Shown one piece after another: positions 1-8,962 of a DNA stretch of 64,000 bases. The position numbers and the translations under genes were made by a program. Position 1 is the first letter of the stretch. Every line of letters begins with the position of its first letter. The notes under the pieces are model-generated. The model was not told the DNA's origin. It searched no databases and was given only the letters and a program-made list of their open reading frames with translations. The DNA is from Alphaproteobacteria bacterium (GTDB taxonomy: Bacteria > Pseudomonadota > Alphaproteobacteria > Bin95), in assembly GCA_964291285.2 (NCBI GenBank), contig OZ219786.1:1-64000 (forward strand), in the 5' to 3' direction.

Positions 1-484
1 CTTGCAGCACCGGGATGCCGCAGCCCTGGCAGAAGCGGCGTTTCTCCCGGGGGACGCGGGTCTTGCGGTCGTATTTCTTCCGGTTGTCGAGACACGGCTG
101 GCACGCGGAACGATCCGGAGCCGGCGGCCGGTCGCCGCATCGCGGACACAGCCCCTTCGACGCGCGTTCGGCGCGGCGGGCGCGGAGCATGTCCCGCGTC
201 CGGCGGGCGTGGATGTCGCCGCAGGGCTTGCAGCGGCGCCGCCCGGGCGCCGGGGGCGTCATGCCGCAATCGAGGCACAGGCGCAGCAGGGAGCGGCGAA
301 GCTTCCGGCGCCGGTTGCCCTCACGGGCTGCGTCGAGGCAGGGGCGGCAGTTCACGCGGCCGGCCTCGGGCGGACGGTCGCCGCAATGGGAACACAGGCC
401 CGCCGCCCGGCGCGCGTTGCGCGTCCGGTCGCTGCGGCGGACAGGGTTCCCGGTGTCGGCGGGTGGATGCGGTTTGCTGGTCAT
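1..484 (-). CDS. Tandem C4 zinc-finger repeat protein (partial, runs off the left end)
   Basis: Manual translation from ATG 484 (GGAG RBS upstream): MTSKPHPP...CSHC-x11-CRPC...CLDC-x11-CKPC...CPRC-x11-CQPC...CQGC, with Arg-rich linkers. Not in the ORF track because its stop lies outside the window. Confidence 0.8.
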   Translation of the reverse strand, partial: MTSKPHPPADTGNPVRRSDRTRNARRAAGLCSHCGDRPPEAGRVNCRPCLDAAREGNRRRKLRRSLLRLCLDCGMTPPAPGRRRCKPCGDIHARRTRDMLRARRAERASKGLCPRCGDRPPAPDRSACQPCLDNRKKYDRKTRVPREKRRFCQGCGIPVLQ

Positions 485-571
485 CGCGGCTCCCGGCGTG
501 TCGGTAGCGGGCGCGGCCCGGGCCGAACGGGGGGAAGCCGATCGGACGGCCGGGCGCAGGACTCACGCTGC

Positions 572-589
572 AAACCCCTTCCCGACCTT
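572..589 (-). repeat. Conserved upstream motif, copy 1
   Basis: AAACCCCTTCCCGACCTT, about 90 nt upstream of ATG 484. Confidence 0.85.
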
Positions 590-696
590 GGGGCTGCAAG
601 GAGCGCCGCCGCGGGAGCGGTGGCCAGCGGAGAGCAATGGCGCCGGCGAAGACAGACGGGTTCCCCGCCCCGGGACGGCATGCGAGGGGAAAACGG

Positions 697-726
697 AAAA
701 GCCCCGGAACCCGCAGGCTCCGGGGC
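697..726 (-). terminator. Intrinsic terminator after ssb
   Basis: GCCCCGGA/TCCGGGGC stem followed by a T-run on the minus strand, just downstream of the ssb stop at 740. Confidence 0.65.
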
Positions 727-739
727 GGAGGGCGCGCCA

Positions 740-1153
740 TCAGGCGGAGAAGTCCTCGTAGGCTTCCGGGGGCGGCGCCGGCGGCCGGTTGCCGCCGCCG
801 TCCGGCTTCCTGTCGAGGAAGTTGATGCAGCCGCGCGGGCCGACGACGATCTCGGTGGCGAACCGGTCGCTGTCCTCGCCGTCCTTGCGCCAGCTCCGGG
901 TGCGCAGCATCCCGGTGATGTGCGCCAGGCGGCCCTTGGCGGCGTGCTTGCGCAGCATCTTCACCAGGCCGTCCTGGTAGACGGCGATCCGGTGCCACTC
1001 GGTCCGCTCGACATACTCGCCGCTCTGGCGGTCCTTGTAGACCGTGTTGGTGGCGAGGGAGAAATTGGCGACGTCGCCGCCGCCGGGCAGGCTGCGGAAC
1101 TCGGGGTCGCCGCCCAGGTTGCCGATCAGGTCGACGCGATTGAGGCCGTTCAT
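740..1153 (-). CDS. ssb: Single-stranded DNA-binding protein (element-encoded)
   Basis: MNGLNRVDLIGNLGGDPEFR...FSLATN...ERTEWHRI...G.LRTRSW OB-fold motifs; GGAG RBS before ATG 1153. Confidence 0.95.
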   Translation of the reverse strand: MNGLNRVDLIGNLGGDPEFRSLPGGGDVANFSLATNTVYKDRQSGEYVERTEWHRIAVYQDGLVKMLRKHAAKGRLAHITGMLRTRSWRKDGEDSDRFATEIVVGPRGCINFLDRKPDGGGNRPPAPPPEAYEDFSA

Positions 1154-1204
1154 GGCGTTTGCTCCCTGCAGGAGGTTGATTGCGAGCTGTTGCAACTCAC
1201 CGCG

Positions 1205-1256
1205 AAAAGCCCCTTCCCGACCTTTGCGGCGTCGATGCCGCCGAAGGCCGGGAAGG
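1205..1256 (-). repeat. Conserved upstream motif, copy 2, within a long hairpin
   Basis: CCTTCCCGACCTT (1212-1224) pairs with AAGGCCGGGAAGG (1244-1256); about 57 nt upstream of the ssb ATG. Confidence 0.85.
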
Positions 1257-1261
1257 AGGAG

Positions 1262-1474
1262 CAGGCACAGTCGCAGGAGGGAGCGGCGCCGCCTCCGGCG
1301 CCGGTCTTTTTCGTTGTGGATGTCCAGACAGGGACGGCAGGACGTGCGGCCCTCTTCGGGCGCGCGGTTGCCGCAAGTGCCGCAGAGGCCGGCAGCCAGG
1401 CGGGCATTGCGCTTGCGGGGGGCGAGGCCCGGCCGACTGGCGCAATCGTCCGGCGCGCGGGCGGTGCAGGTCAT
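1262..1474 (-). pseudogene. Truncated paralog of the zinc-finger protein, in frame with ssb
   Basis: RNARLAAGLCGTCGNRAPEEGRTSCRPCLD...RRSLLRLCL matches RNARRAAGLCSHCGDRPPEAGRVNCRPCLD...RRSLLRLCL of the 484 gene. Similarity stops at ~1262 with no stop codon before ssb. Confidence 0.65.
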
Positions 1475-1555
1475 GGCAATACCCCGTGGAACGGAACGAT
1501 GGAAGGGGAGCGGGCCGCGCGGCGCCCCCGGAGGAGCGCCGCCCGAAGGACCGGC

Positions 1556-1867
1556 TCAGGACCGCTTGCGCCGGGCCTCGGCGAAGAGGCCGGTCGCCAG
1601 GTCGCCCCAGTACTGGATGCCGGAGCCGGCGGTCTTCTCGCCCTTGCAGATCAGGATCTCGTTGCGCGCCGGACGCAGCGCGCGCACGGTCGCCAGCGAC
1701 AGGGTGAGCGGGTGGCCCTTGCCGCCCGGCAGCCGGCGGATCTCGCCGTCGATCGTCGTGCGGTAGCGCTCGACCACATAGTGCCTGTCCTGCAGGCCGC
1801 GGCCGAAGACGTGCGTGAGGAAGGTGTTCGCATCGGGGCGAAGGACGGACGCATTGGCAGCGCTCAT
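1556..1867 (-). CDS. Hypothetical protein (103 aa)
   Basis: AGGAG RBS, globular-looking sequence, preceded by the conserved motif. Confidence 0.7.
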   Translation of the reverse strand: MSAANASVLRPDANTFLTHVFGRGLQDRHYVVERYRTTIDGEIRRLPGGKGHPLTLSLATVRALRPARNEILICKGEKTAGSGIQYWGDLATGLFAEARRKRS

Positions 1868-1935
1868 GTGCGATTTCTCCTGTTCGGGAAACGGGCGCGG
1901 GAGCCGGTCGGACGGCCGCCCGCGGGAATCGCACC

Positions 1936-1956
1936 GAAAACCCCTTCCCGACCTTT
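1936..1956 (-). repeat. Conserved upstream motif, copy 3
   Basis: GAAAACCCCTTCCCGACCTTT, about 74 nt upstream of ATG 1867. Confidence 0.85.
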
Positions 1957-2116
1957 CGGACGGCAGGCCGGCAACGCCGCCCGCCGGGAAACGGCAGCCG
2001 GTCGCACAGGGGAGGCCGCAACGGCCCGGAACGCCGGGGGCGGATTGCGGGAGATGGCAGCCGGGATGCCGGCGGAAAGCCCGATGGCGGATCGATGCCG
2101 CGGGCAGGCCACCATG

Positions 2117-2150
2117 AAAAACCCCTCCCCGGCCTGTCGCCGGGGAGGGG
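2117..2150 (-). terminator. Intrinsic terminator / degenerate copy of the upstream motif
   Basis: Perfect 12-bp stem CCCCTCCCCGGC-ctgtc-GCCGGGGAGGGG followed by TTTTT on the minus strand, downstream of the stop at 2177. Confidence 0.7.
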
Positions 2151-2176
2151 CGGGAACGGCGCCAGCAGAGACCCGG

Positions 2177-2719
2177 CTACTGCGCCGGAGCGGACTCCGG
2201 GGCGGCAGGCGCCGGTTGCGGCGCCCCGGGGAAACGGGCGCGCACGAAACCGAGAAGTTCGCGATGGTTGGCGCGGTTTTCGGCGACGCCGGCGGCCAGA
2301 CGCTCCATGGCGGCCGCCTGTCGCGCCTCCGCCGCCTCGCGCTTCGCCTCGCCCGCCGCAAGGTCCGCCTTCACCCCGTCAATCCGGGCAGACAGGCGTT
2401 TCTCGGTTTCCGTCAGGTCCGCCTTCACCTCGTCGATCCGGTCGGTCAGGCGCTTTTCCACCCGGTCGATCCGGGCGCTGAGGCCGGTCTCGACCCCACC
2501 GATCTGAACGGTGAGACGCCGTTCGACCCCGCCGATCTGAGCGGTGAGACGCCGTTCGACCCCGTCGATGCGGATGTCGAACCAGGCCAGCATGCCGACC
2601 AGAAAGGCCAGGAAGACGCCCAGCACGGTGGCGGAGGGCAGGATCGCCTTCCAGCTGCCGTCGCCAACGACGAAAATGCCGCGCTGCGGGGCCGGGGGGG
2701 TGGTATCGGGAGAGGTCAT
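2177..2719 (-). CDS. Membrane-anchored coiled-coil protein with 11-aa (hendecad) repeats
   Basis: TM segment VLGVFLAFLVGMLAWF, then IDGVERRLTAQ / IGGVERRLTVQ / IGGVETGLSAR / IDRVEKRLTDR. Confidence 0.8.
   Translation of the reverse strand: MTSPDTTPPAPQRGIFVVGDGSWKAILPSATVLGVFLAFLVGMLAWFDIRIDGVERRLTAQIGGVERRLTVQIGGVETGLSARIDRVEKRLTDRIDEVKADLTETEKRLSARIDGVKADLAAGEAKREAAEARQAAAMERLAAGVAENRANHRELLGFVRARFPGAPQPAPAAPESAPAQ
2490..2569. repeat. 33-bp coding tandem repeat (about 2.4 near-identical units)
   Basis: TCGACCCC(A/G)CCGATCTGA(A/G)CGGTGAGACGCCGT at 2490-2522 and 2523-2555, partial at 2556-2569. Confidence 0.85.
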
Positions 2720-2795
2720 GGCCTCGTCTCCTGTCTGTCGGGAGTATGGGATCGGAACGCGCCGAAGGCAAGCCGCGCGCGCCCCGGCGCACCCG

Positions 2796-2816
2796 GAAAA
2801 ACCCCTTCCCGACCTT
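2796..2816 (-). repeat. Conserved upstream motif, copy 4
   Basis: GAAAAACCCCTTCCCGACCTT, about 83 nt upstream of ATG 2719; TTCCCG...CGGGAA hairpin. Confidence 0.85.
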
Positions 2817-2891
2817 CCGGCGCCGGACCGGGAACCGACGCGCCGGCGGGGAGGCTCCGGACTTCGCGGCCGCGGCGCTGCCGCCCGCCTG

Positions 2892-3908
2892 TCAGTCGAA
2901 CAGCCCGCTGGCCGCGAGCCAGGCGCGGAACCGGGCGGGCCCGAGCGCCAGCAGCTCGTCATTGGCGTCCTTCGCGCGGGGGACGATCCGGTCGAGCAGC
3001 ATGGCGGAACCGGCATGCTCCCGGCAGAGCGCGACCCAGGCGCTCTCGCCCGCCGGGTCGCGGTCCTGGACGAGGGTCGCGCGCCGGACGCCCGCGGGCA
3101 GGCCGACGCGGTGGACGCGCCCGGCGGAGAGCGCGGCGGCAACGGCGATATCCCGGCGCCCGCCCGCGCCGAGCGCCCCCGCCATGGCGAGCGCGTCCTC
3201 GACGCCCTCGGTCAGCACCAGGCGGCGCGCGTCGTCCGCCGGCCACCAGACGGCGCCCGTAGATAGGCGCCCGCTGGTGCGCTTCGGCCCCTCGATCGGG
3301 GCCTTGCGCCCCTCGCCGGTCAGGAATATTCGCTGCAGGCCCTCCAGCGTGCCGTCAAGGGCGCGGACCGGCGCGAGCAGGGCCGGCAGCTCGCGCTTCC
3401 CGCCGTCCACCTGCACCCAGACATCGGGGCGGAACCGGAGGCCTGCGGCATGGGCGGCCTCCGGGGCCAGGCCGCGGGAGGCCAGATAGCGCCCGGCCGG
3501 ATCGTCGGGCCGGACCGGCGCCGCGCCCTCGAGAACCCGTTCGAGTCCCCTCTGCCTCTCCGGCGGCGCGCCGTCCTGCCGGCGGGGGCGCTCATACTCC
3601 GGCAGGGCGAGGAAGCGGCGCGCCTCGTCGGCCGCCTCGCCGATCGTGGCGAGGCTGCGGACGGCGCGGATCAGGTCCAGCGGGCTGCCCCGGTCCTTCG
3701 GGCTCGCCCAGTCCCTCCAGTAGCCGCGCCAGCGTCCGGCGAGGTTCACCCGCAGCGAGGCGCCCTCCTCGCCGGCCGTGCTGCCCACCTGCCAGAAGTT
3801 GCCGTTGCGCCTGCCGTTCGGAAGGTAGTGGCGGCAGACCGCCTCGATATCGGCCGCGAGCAGGGCGGACAGTTCCTTCAGGCTGTGGGTTGTCGGATCG
3901 GAGGGCAA
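2892..3908 (-). CDS. Toprim-domain primase-like protein of ICE/plasmid type
   Basis: EAVCRHYLPNGRR.G..W.VG N-terminus; RYLASRGL; LQRIFL...GRKA; Toprim LVLTEGVEDALA and D.D motifs; TTG start. Confidence 0.88.
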   Translation of the reverse strand: MPSDPTTHSLKELSALLAADIEAVCRHYLPNGRRNGNFWQVGSTAGEEGASLRVNLAGRWRGYWRDWASPKDRGSPLDLIRAVRSLATIGEAADEARRFLALPEYERPRRQDGAPPERQRGLERVLEGAAPVRPDDPAGRYLASRGLAPEAAHAAGLRFRPDVWVQVDGGKRELPALLAPVRALDGTLEGLQRIFLTGEGRKAPIEGPKRTSGRLSTGAVWWPADDARRLVLTEGVEDALAMAGALGAGGRRDIAVAAALSAGRVHRVGLPAGVRRATLVQDRDPAGESAWVALCREHAGSAMLLDRIVPRAKDANDELLALGPARFRAWLAASGLFD

Positions 3909-3972
3909 GGCGCGGCCTCCCCTTTCCCCGGCCGTCCCGGCGCTGTCGCCGGGACGGCCTTGCGCGCGGCGC

Positions 3973-4335
3973 TCAGAACGGACGGATCCTGCAGAGTTCC
4001 GGATCGCGGCGCCCGCGCTCGTAGTTGAGCACCGCCCAGGCCGCGATCTCGAGCGCGGCCAACAGCGGGATTTCCATGCGCCCGGCCTGCTCCTTCGCGA
4101 AATGGAACGCCGCCTCGAGCGCGGTCTCGTCGATGGCGAGGTTGAAGCCGGACTCCCGCCCGAGCCTGGCGGTCAACTCGGAGAGCTTCTGGAGGTCACA
4201 GGTCCGCGGGCGAGGCTCGAAAGCCGGGCCCGGATCGGGCAGCGGCTCGTAGTCGTACTCGTGGAAGTCCTCGTCCGGATCCTCCCAGGCGTGCCAGTCC
4301 CGGCAGTAGCCCTCGAAGTCGATGACGTTGGACAT
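3973..4335 (-). CDS. Hypothetical protein with an acidic N-terminus
   Basis: Strong AGGAGG RBS; MSNVIDFEGYCRDWHAWEDPDEDFHEYDYE. Confidence 0.7.
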   Translation of the reverse strand: MSNVIDFEGYCRDWHAWEDPDEDFHEYDYEPLPDPGPAFEPRPRTCDLQKLSELTARLGRESGFNLAIDETALEAAFHFAKEQAGRMEIPLLAALEIAAWAVLNYERGRRDPELCRIRPF

Positions 4336-4414
4336 GCGCGTGTTCCTCCTGCGAAGTTGAGACGCCGGCCGGTCGGGGCCGGCACAGGGGCCGGGCTTTC
4401 CTTGTCTGCGGCGT

Positions 4415-5998
4415 TCATGCGCCCTCGTCTGCGGCATGGCGCGAGATCAGCTCGAGGATCGCCGCAATGTCGGGAACCGTCTCCACCTCGACGCGTCCGC
4501 GGCCCTTTGACGGGCGGACCTCGATCCGGGCGACCAGGTCCCGGATGGCGAGCAGGGCCTGCTCGCGCCGCCCGGCCCGCGCGCCGCCCGCGATGGCGCG
4601 CCGGAGCCCGGCGACCCGGTCGCGCATGAACTTCTCCACGCTGAAGCCCGCGGGCGGCGGCGGTCCCGGCAGCCGCTCCAGTTCGGCGAGCGCCTCGTTG
4701 CGCGCGCGCTCGAGGGCCAGAAGGCGCTCGCCGATGCCCGTCGAGGGGATGCCGCTCTCGATCGCGGCAACCAGGCGGGAGATCCCGGCGCCGGCGGCCC
4801 CGGCCCTCTCCCGGAGTTCCTCGCGCCGGACCGCGGTCCCGCGTTCGGCGGCGGCGAACAGGCCGCGCCAGTCGCGCTCGCGCGACAGCATCCAGGCGAA
4901 GAGCCGCCGCACGCCAAGGTCTTCCAGCATGTCCAGCCGGATCCCGCGGTTGTTGGTGCAGCTGTCCGGGTCGCGCCGGCGGGCGAGGCAACGGTAGTAG
5001 CCCATCCCGGCGATCGTCATGCGCTCGCCGCAAACGCCGCAGCGGACCCGCGCCGTCAGCGGATAGGCCGCCTTGCGGTAGCGGGTCACCACGGTGTGGT
5101 GGCGGTTCCTGCGGCGCCCGACCTCGTCCTGGACGGCCTGCCAGGCCGTGTCGTCCACGATCCGCAGTTCGGGGGCTTCCACGACGGTCCAGTCCTCGCG
5201 GGGGACGGCAACGAAATGGCGCCGCCCGGTGCCCGGGTGACGCCGGGAGCGGGTGCGCCCGTAGACAAGCCGCCCGCAGTAGATGTCGTTGCGCAGCACG
5301 CCGCTTCCTTCCCGGCCGCGCACGGCGCCAGCGGTCCAGGGCTTGCCGCCGGGCCCGGCCACGCCTTCCCGGTTGAGCAGCACGGCAATCTGCTGCGGGC
5401 TCATGCCGTCGAGATAGAGCCGGTAGATGCGCCGGACCGTCCCGGCCTCGTCGGGGTCGATCGTGCGCTGGCCCCGGACGGGCTTGCCGCTCTCGGAGAT
5501 GTAGTTGGCTATCCTGTAGCCGTATATGCAGGAGCCGATCATTCGCAGGTCGTGGAGGGCTTCGATCTGCCCCCGGCGCGTCTTGGCGCCGATATTGTCG
5601 ATGACCATCTCGCTCACAACCCCCTTGATGTGCGCATGGAGGGAGTCGACCCGACCGTCCTCCAGGCTGTACAGATTGATCCCCAGAAACCGCAGTTCGC
5701 GGTAGAGCCAAGCCATGTCGGCGGTGCTCCTGGCGAGCCGGTCCAGGCCCTCGACGCAGACGCCGTCGAACCGGCGCGCCCGGGCGTCGTCGAGCAGACG
5801 GCGAAGCCCCGGGCGCAGCTGCATGGCCGCGCCGGTGAGTTCCGGATCGGTGTATTCGCCCGCGATCACGCCGCCAAGTGCGGCGACGCGGTCGCGGCAC
5901 AGGCGCAACTGGCCCGCGATCGAGGTCATCTCCTGCAGGGGCGAGGAGTAGCGCGCATAGATCGCGAAGCGCGCGATGGCGCCGGGCGGTCCGTTCAT
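4415..5998 (-). CDS. Large serine recombinase (integrase type)
   Basis: IYARYSS catalytic serine; RPGL..LL; LDRLARS; recombinase domain; zinc ribbon CGVCG...YYRC; C-terminal coiled coil. Confidence 0.95.
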   Translation of the reverse strand: MNGPPGAIARFAIYARYSSPLQEMTSIAGQLRLCRDRVAALGGVIAGEYTDPELTGAAMQLRPGLRRLLDDARARRFDGVCVEGLDRLARSTADMAWLYRELRFLGINLYSLEDGRVDSLHAHIKGVVSEMVIDNIGAKTRRGQIEALHDLRMIGSCIYGYRIANYISESGKPVRGQRTIDPDEAGTVRRIYRLYLDGMSPQQIAVLLNREGVAGPGGKPWTAGAVRGREGSGVLRNDIYCGRLVYGRTRSRRHPGTGRRHFVAVPREDWTVVEAPELRIVDDTAWQAVQDEVGRRRNRHHTVVTRYRKAAYPLTARVRCGVCGERMTIAGMGYYRCLARRRDPDSCTNNRGIRLDMLEDLGVRRLFAWMLSRERDWRGLFAAAERGTAVRREELRERAGAAGAGISRLVAAIESGIPSTGIGERLLALERARNEALAELERLPGPPPPAGFSVEKFMRDRVAGLRRAIAGGARAGRREQALLAIRDLVARIEVRPSKGRGRVEVETVPDIAAILELISRHAADEGA

Positions 5999-6102
5999 GG
6001 CCGGTCCTTCGGGTATCGGATGACCGCACACTCTGGCAACGGGCGCCCCGCCGCGGCAACCGGGACGGCTTCCGCTCCCGGCAGACAACCGGCCGCTCGC
6101 CG

Positions 6103-6810
6103 TCATCGCCGCGCCCGGCGCCATCCGGCGGCCCGGGCGTCCGCCTCGCTGCAGAACCAGCGCTCGCCCTTCGAGGTGTTTATGCGGGTCCGGTCGTAAT
6201 GCTCGGCCCCGGGCACATGGTAGATGCGCCCGTGCCGCGAGATGTTGCCCTTGATGAGGCAGGAGGAACCCGCCTGCGGGGGAGGGGTGGCCCCGTGCCG
6301 CCGGTGTATCTCCGCCCGGCGGTTCCGGTCCTGCCTGCGCCAGCGCCAGGGCGCGGTGAAGTCGCCGGACCACAGGCCGAGCCGCCCGGCGCGGGCCGCG
6401 TCCTCGTCCGGGACATACCGCATCGACCAGCGCCGGTATGCCAGCGCCAGGCCCTGGCGCACGAGGTCCTGCTGCACGTCCCGCCCGGCCGCGAAGCAGG
6501 CCGCGACCGCGCGCCCGTAGCGGTCGCGGTCCCGGACCTCGCAGCGGACCGGGGTCCGCCCGACGAGCCTGCGCATCGCCCGCGTCGCCGCCCGCCCGCA
6601 GGCCCATCGGCGCCCGCCGCGCGAGCAGGTCTGGCGGGCCTCCGGCGCGTCGATCCCGTGAAGGCGCACACGCCGGCCCTGCACGGCAAGCGTGTCGCCG
6701 TCCACGACCCGGGCCTTGCCGGTGAGGGTTTCGGCTTCAGCCGGCAGGGCGAAGGCAAGCAGCGCGGCTGCCGCGAGAACGGAGGCGAGGCGTCGGAAAA
6801 GGCATGGCAT
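6103..6810 (-). CDS. Secreted thermonuclease (SNase) with an ExoI-like C-terminal domain
   Basis: Signal peptide; VVDGDTL...RVRLHGIDAPE...DRYGR; C-terminal CLIKGNIS..RIYHVPG...ERWFCSE..A.AAGWR. Confidence 0.92.
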   Translation of the reverse strand: MPCLFRRLASVLAAAALLAFALPAEAETLTGKARVVDGDTLAVQGRRVRLHGIDAPEARQTCSRGGRRWACGRAATRAMRRLVGRTPVRCEVRDRDRYGRAVAACFAAGRDVQQDLVRQGLALAYRRWSMRYVPDEDAARAGRLGLWSGDFTAPWRWRRQDRNRRAEIHRRHGATPPPQAGSSCLIKGNISRHGRIYHVPGAEHYDRTRINTSKGERWFCSEADARAAGWRRARR

Positions 6811-6877
6811 CGGGGTGGTTGACTCCTGGAGAGGCGCCGCGCTTTGACGAGCGCGTTCGGATAGGGCCTGTCGTTTG

Positions 6878-7156
6878 TCAGCCATTCGTCAGCAGCTCCC
6901 TGATGCGCGCCTTCGCGGCGCGGAGATCGGCGCGATACATGTCCTTCGCGCCTTTCGGGAGATGGGCGCGCAGCACCTTGCAGGGCTCCCAGACAGCGGA
7001 ACCGCGGCCGATCTTCACGAGCTCGCCCAGAACGTCGCGACGCCGGCCCTTCGCGGCACTGTGCCATTCATGTGCGACGGCAACGGTCCGGCGATCGCTG
7101 GCCGAATGGAATGCGTCCGGCTGCGTGAAGACGCGCCCGAAAACGATCCTGGACAT
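6878..7156 (-). CDS. Hypothetical protein (92 aa)
   Basis: Co-oriented ORF with protein-like composition. Confidence 0.55.
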   Translation of the reverse strand: MSRIVFGRVFTQPDAFHSASDRRTVAVAHEWHSAAKGRRRDVLGELVKIGRGSAVWEPCKVLRAHLPKGAKDMYRADLRAAKARIRELLTNG

Positions 7157-7254
7157 CGATCGCCTACCCCTCGCCCGCGTGCCTGGGCCCGGACGTTGCG
7201 GGTAACGGGATACGGGTGTCGGTCATCATTGTCTCCGGTCGATCGAGGTTCCGG

Positions 7255-7434
7255 TCAGGCGCCGCTTGCGATCCCGGCGTCGATTTCGGCCTGCTCGCGC
7301 AGCCAGTGCTCCCTGTCGGTCAGGAGCCGCTGGACGTATCCACAGCCCTGGTATTCCCTGGCCCGGGGCTCGATCCGGCTCCAGGTCTGCGCGTCGCAGT
7401 TCGGGCATCGGGGGTCCTCCGGCAGTATGATCAT
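7255..7434 (-). CDS. Small zinc-ribbon-like protein (59 aa, below the ORF-track cutoff)
   Basis: AAGGAGG RBS; MIILPEDPRCPNCDAQTWSRIEPRAREYQGCGYVQRLLTDREHWLREQAEIDAGIASGA. Confidence 0.6.
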   Translation of the reverse strand: MIILPEDPRCPNCDAQTWSRIEPRAREYQGCGYVQRLLTDREHWLREQAEIDAGIASGA

Positions 7435-7500
7435 GTGGGACAGGCCTCCTTGGGTCAGTGGGGGGCGGCAGCAGGGGCCAGCGCCGGGTCATTCAGGGCC

Positions 7501-8785
<1,285 letters not shown>

Positions 8786-8793
<8 letters not shown>

Positions 8794-8962
8794 GGGGCCA
8801 CGACCGGGTTCGAGGCTGGCGGCGCCGGCGGATGAGCGCGGCCGTCAGGACCGTGACGATAAACATGGCGACGAGAGCCGGGTAGGCGGTAAAGGCGAAT
8901 GCGTCGATGAGCACGAGCAGGTCCGGCGGGGGCTCCCTGGACGGCGTGGCATACCGGGTCAT
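8786..8962 (-). CDS. Small single-pass membrane protein (58 aa, below the ORF-track cutoff)
   Basis: Start overlaps the upstream stop (ATGA) and stop overlaps the DUF5131 start (ATGGCTGA); hydrophobic PALVAMFIVTVLTAALI followed by RRRR. Confidence 0.55.

Noticed and set aside
2490-2569. 33-bp repeats read as CRISPR
   Set aside because: They are contiguous in-frame coding repeats with no spacers.
572-2816. Repeated motif read as a CRISPR array
   Set aside because: Copies are 600-900 bp apart with whole genes between them, and no cas genes are present.
2-3262. 1086-aa plus-strand ORF
   Set aside because: Antisense shadow of several real minus-strand genes; low-complexity Arg/Ala/Gly/Pro sequence typical of high-GC DNA.
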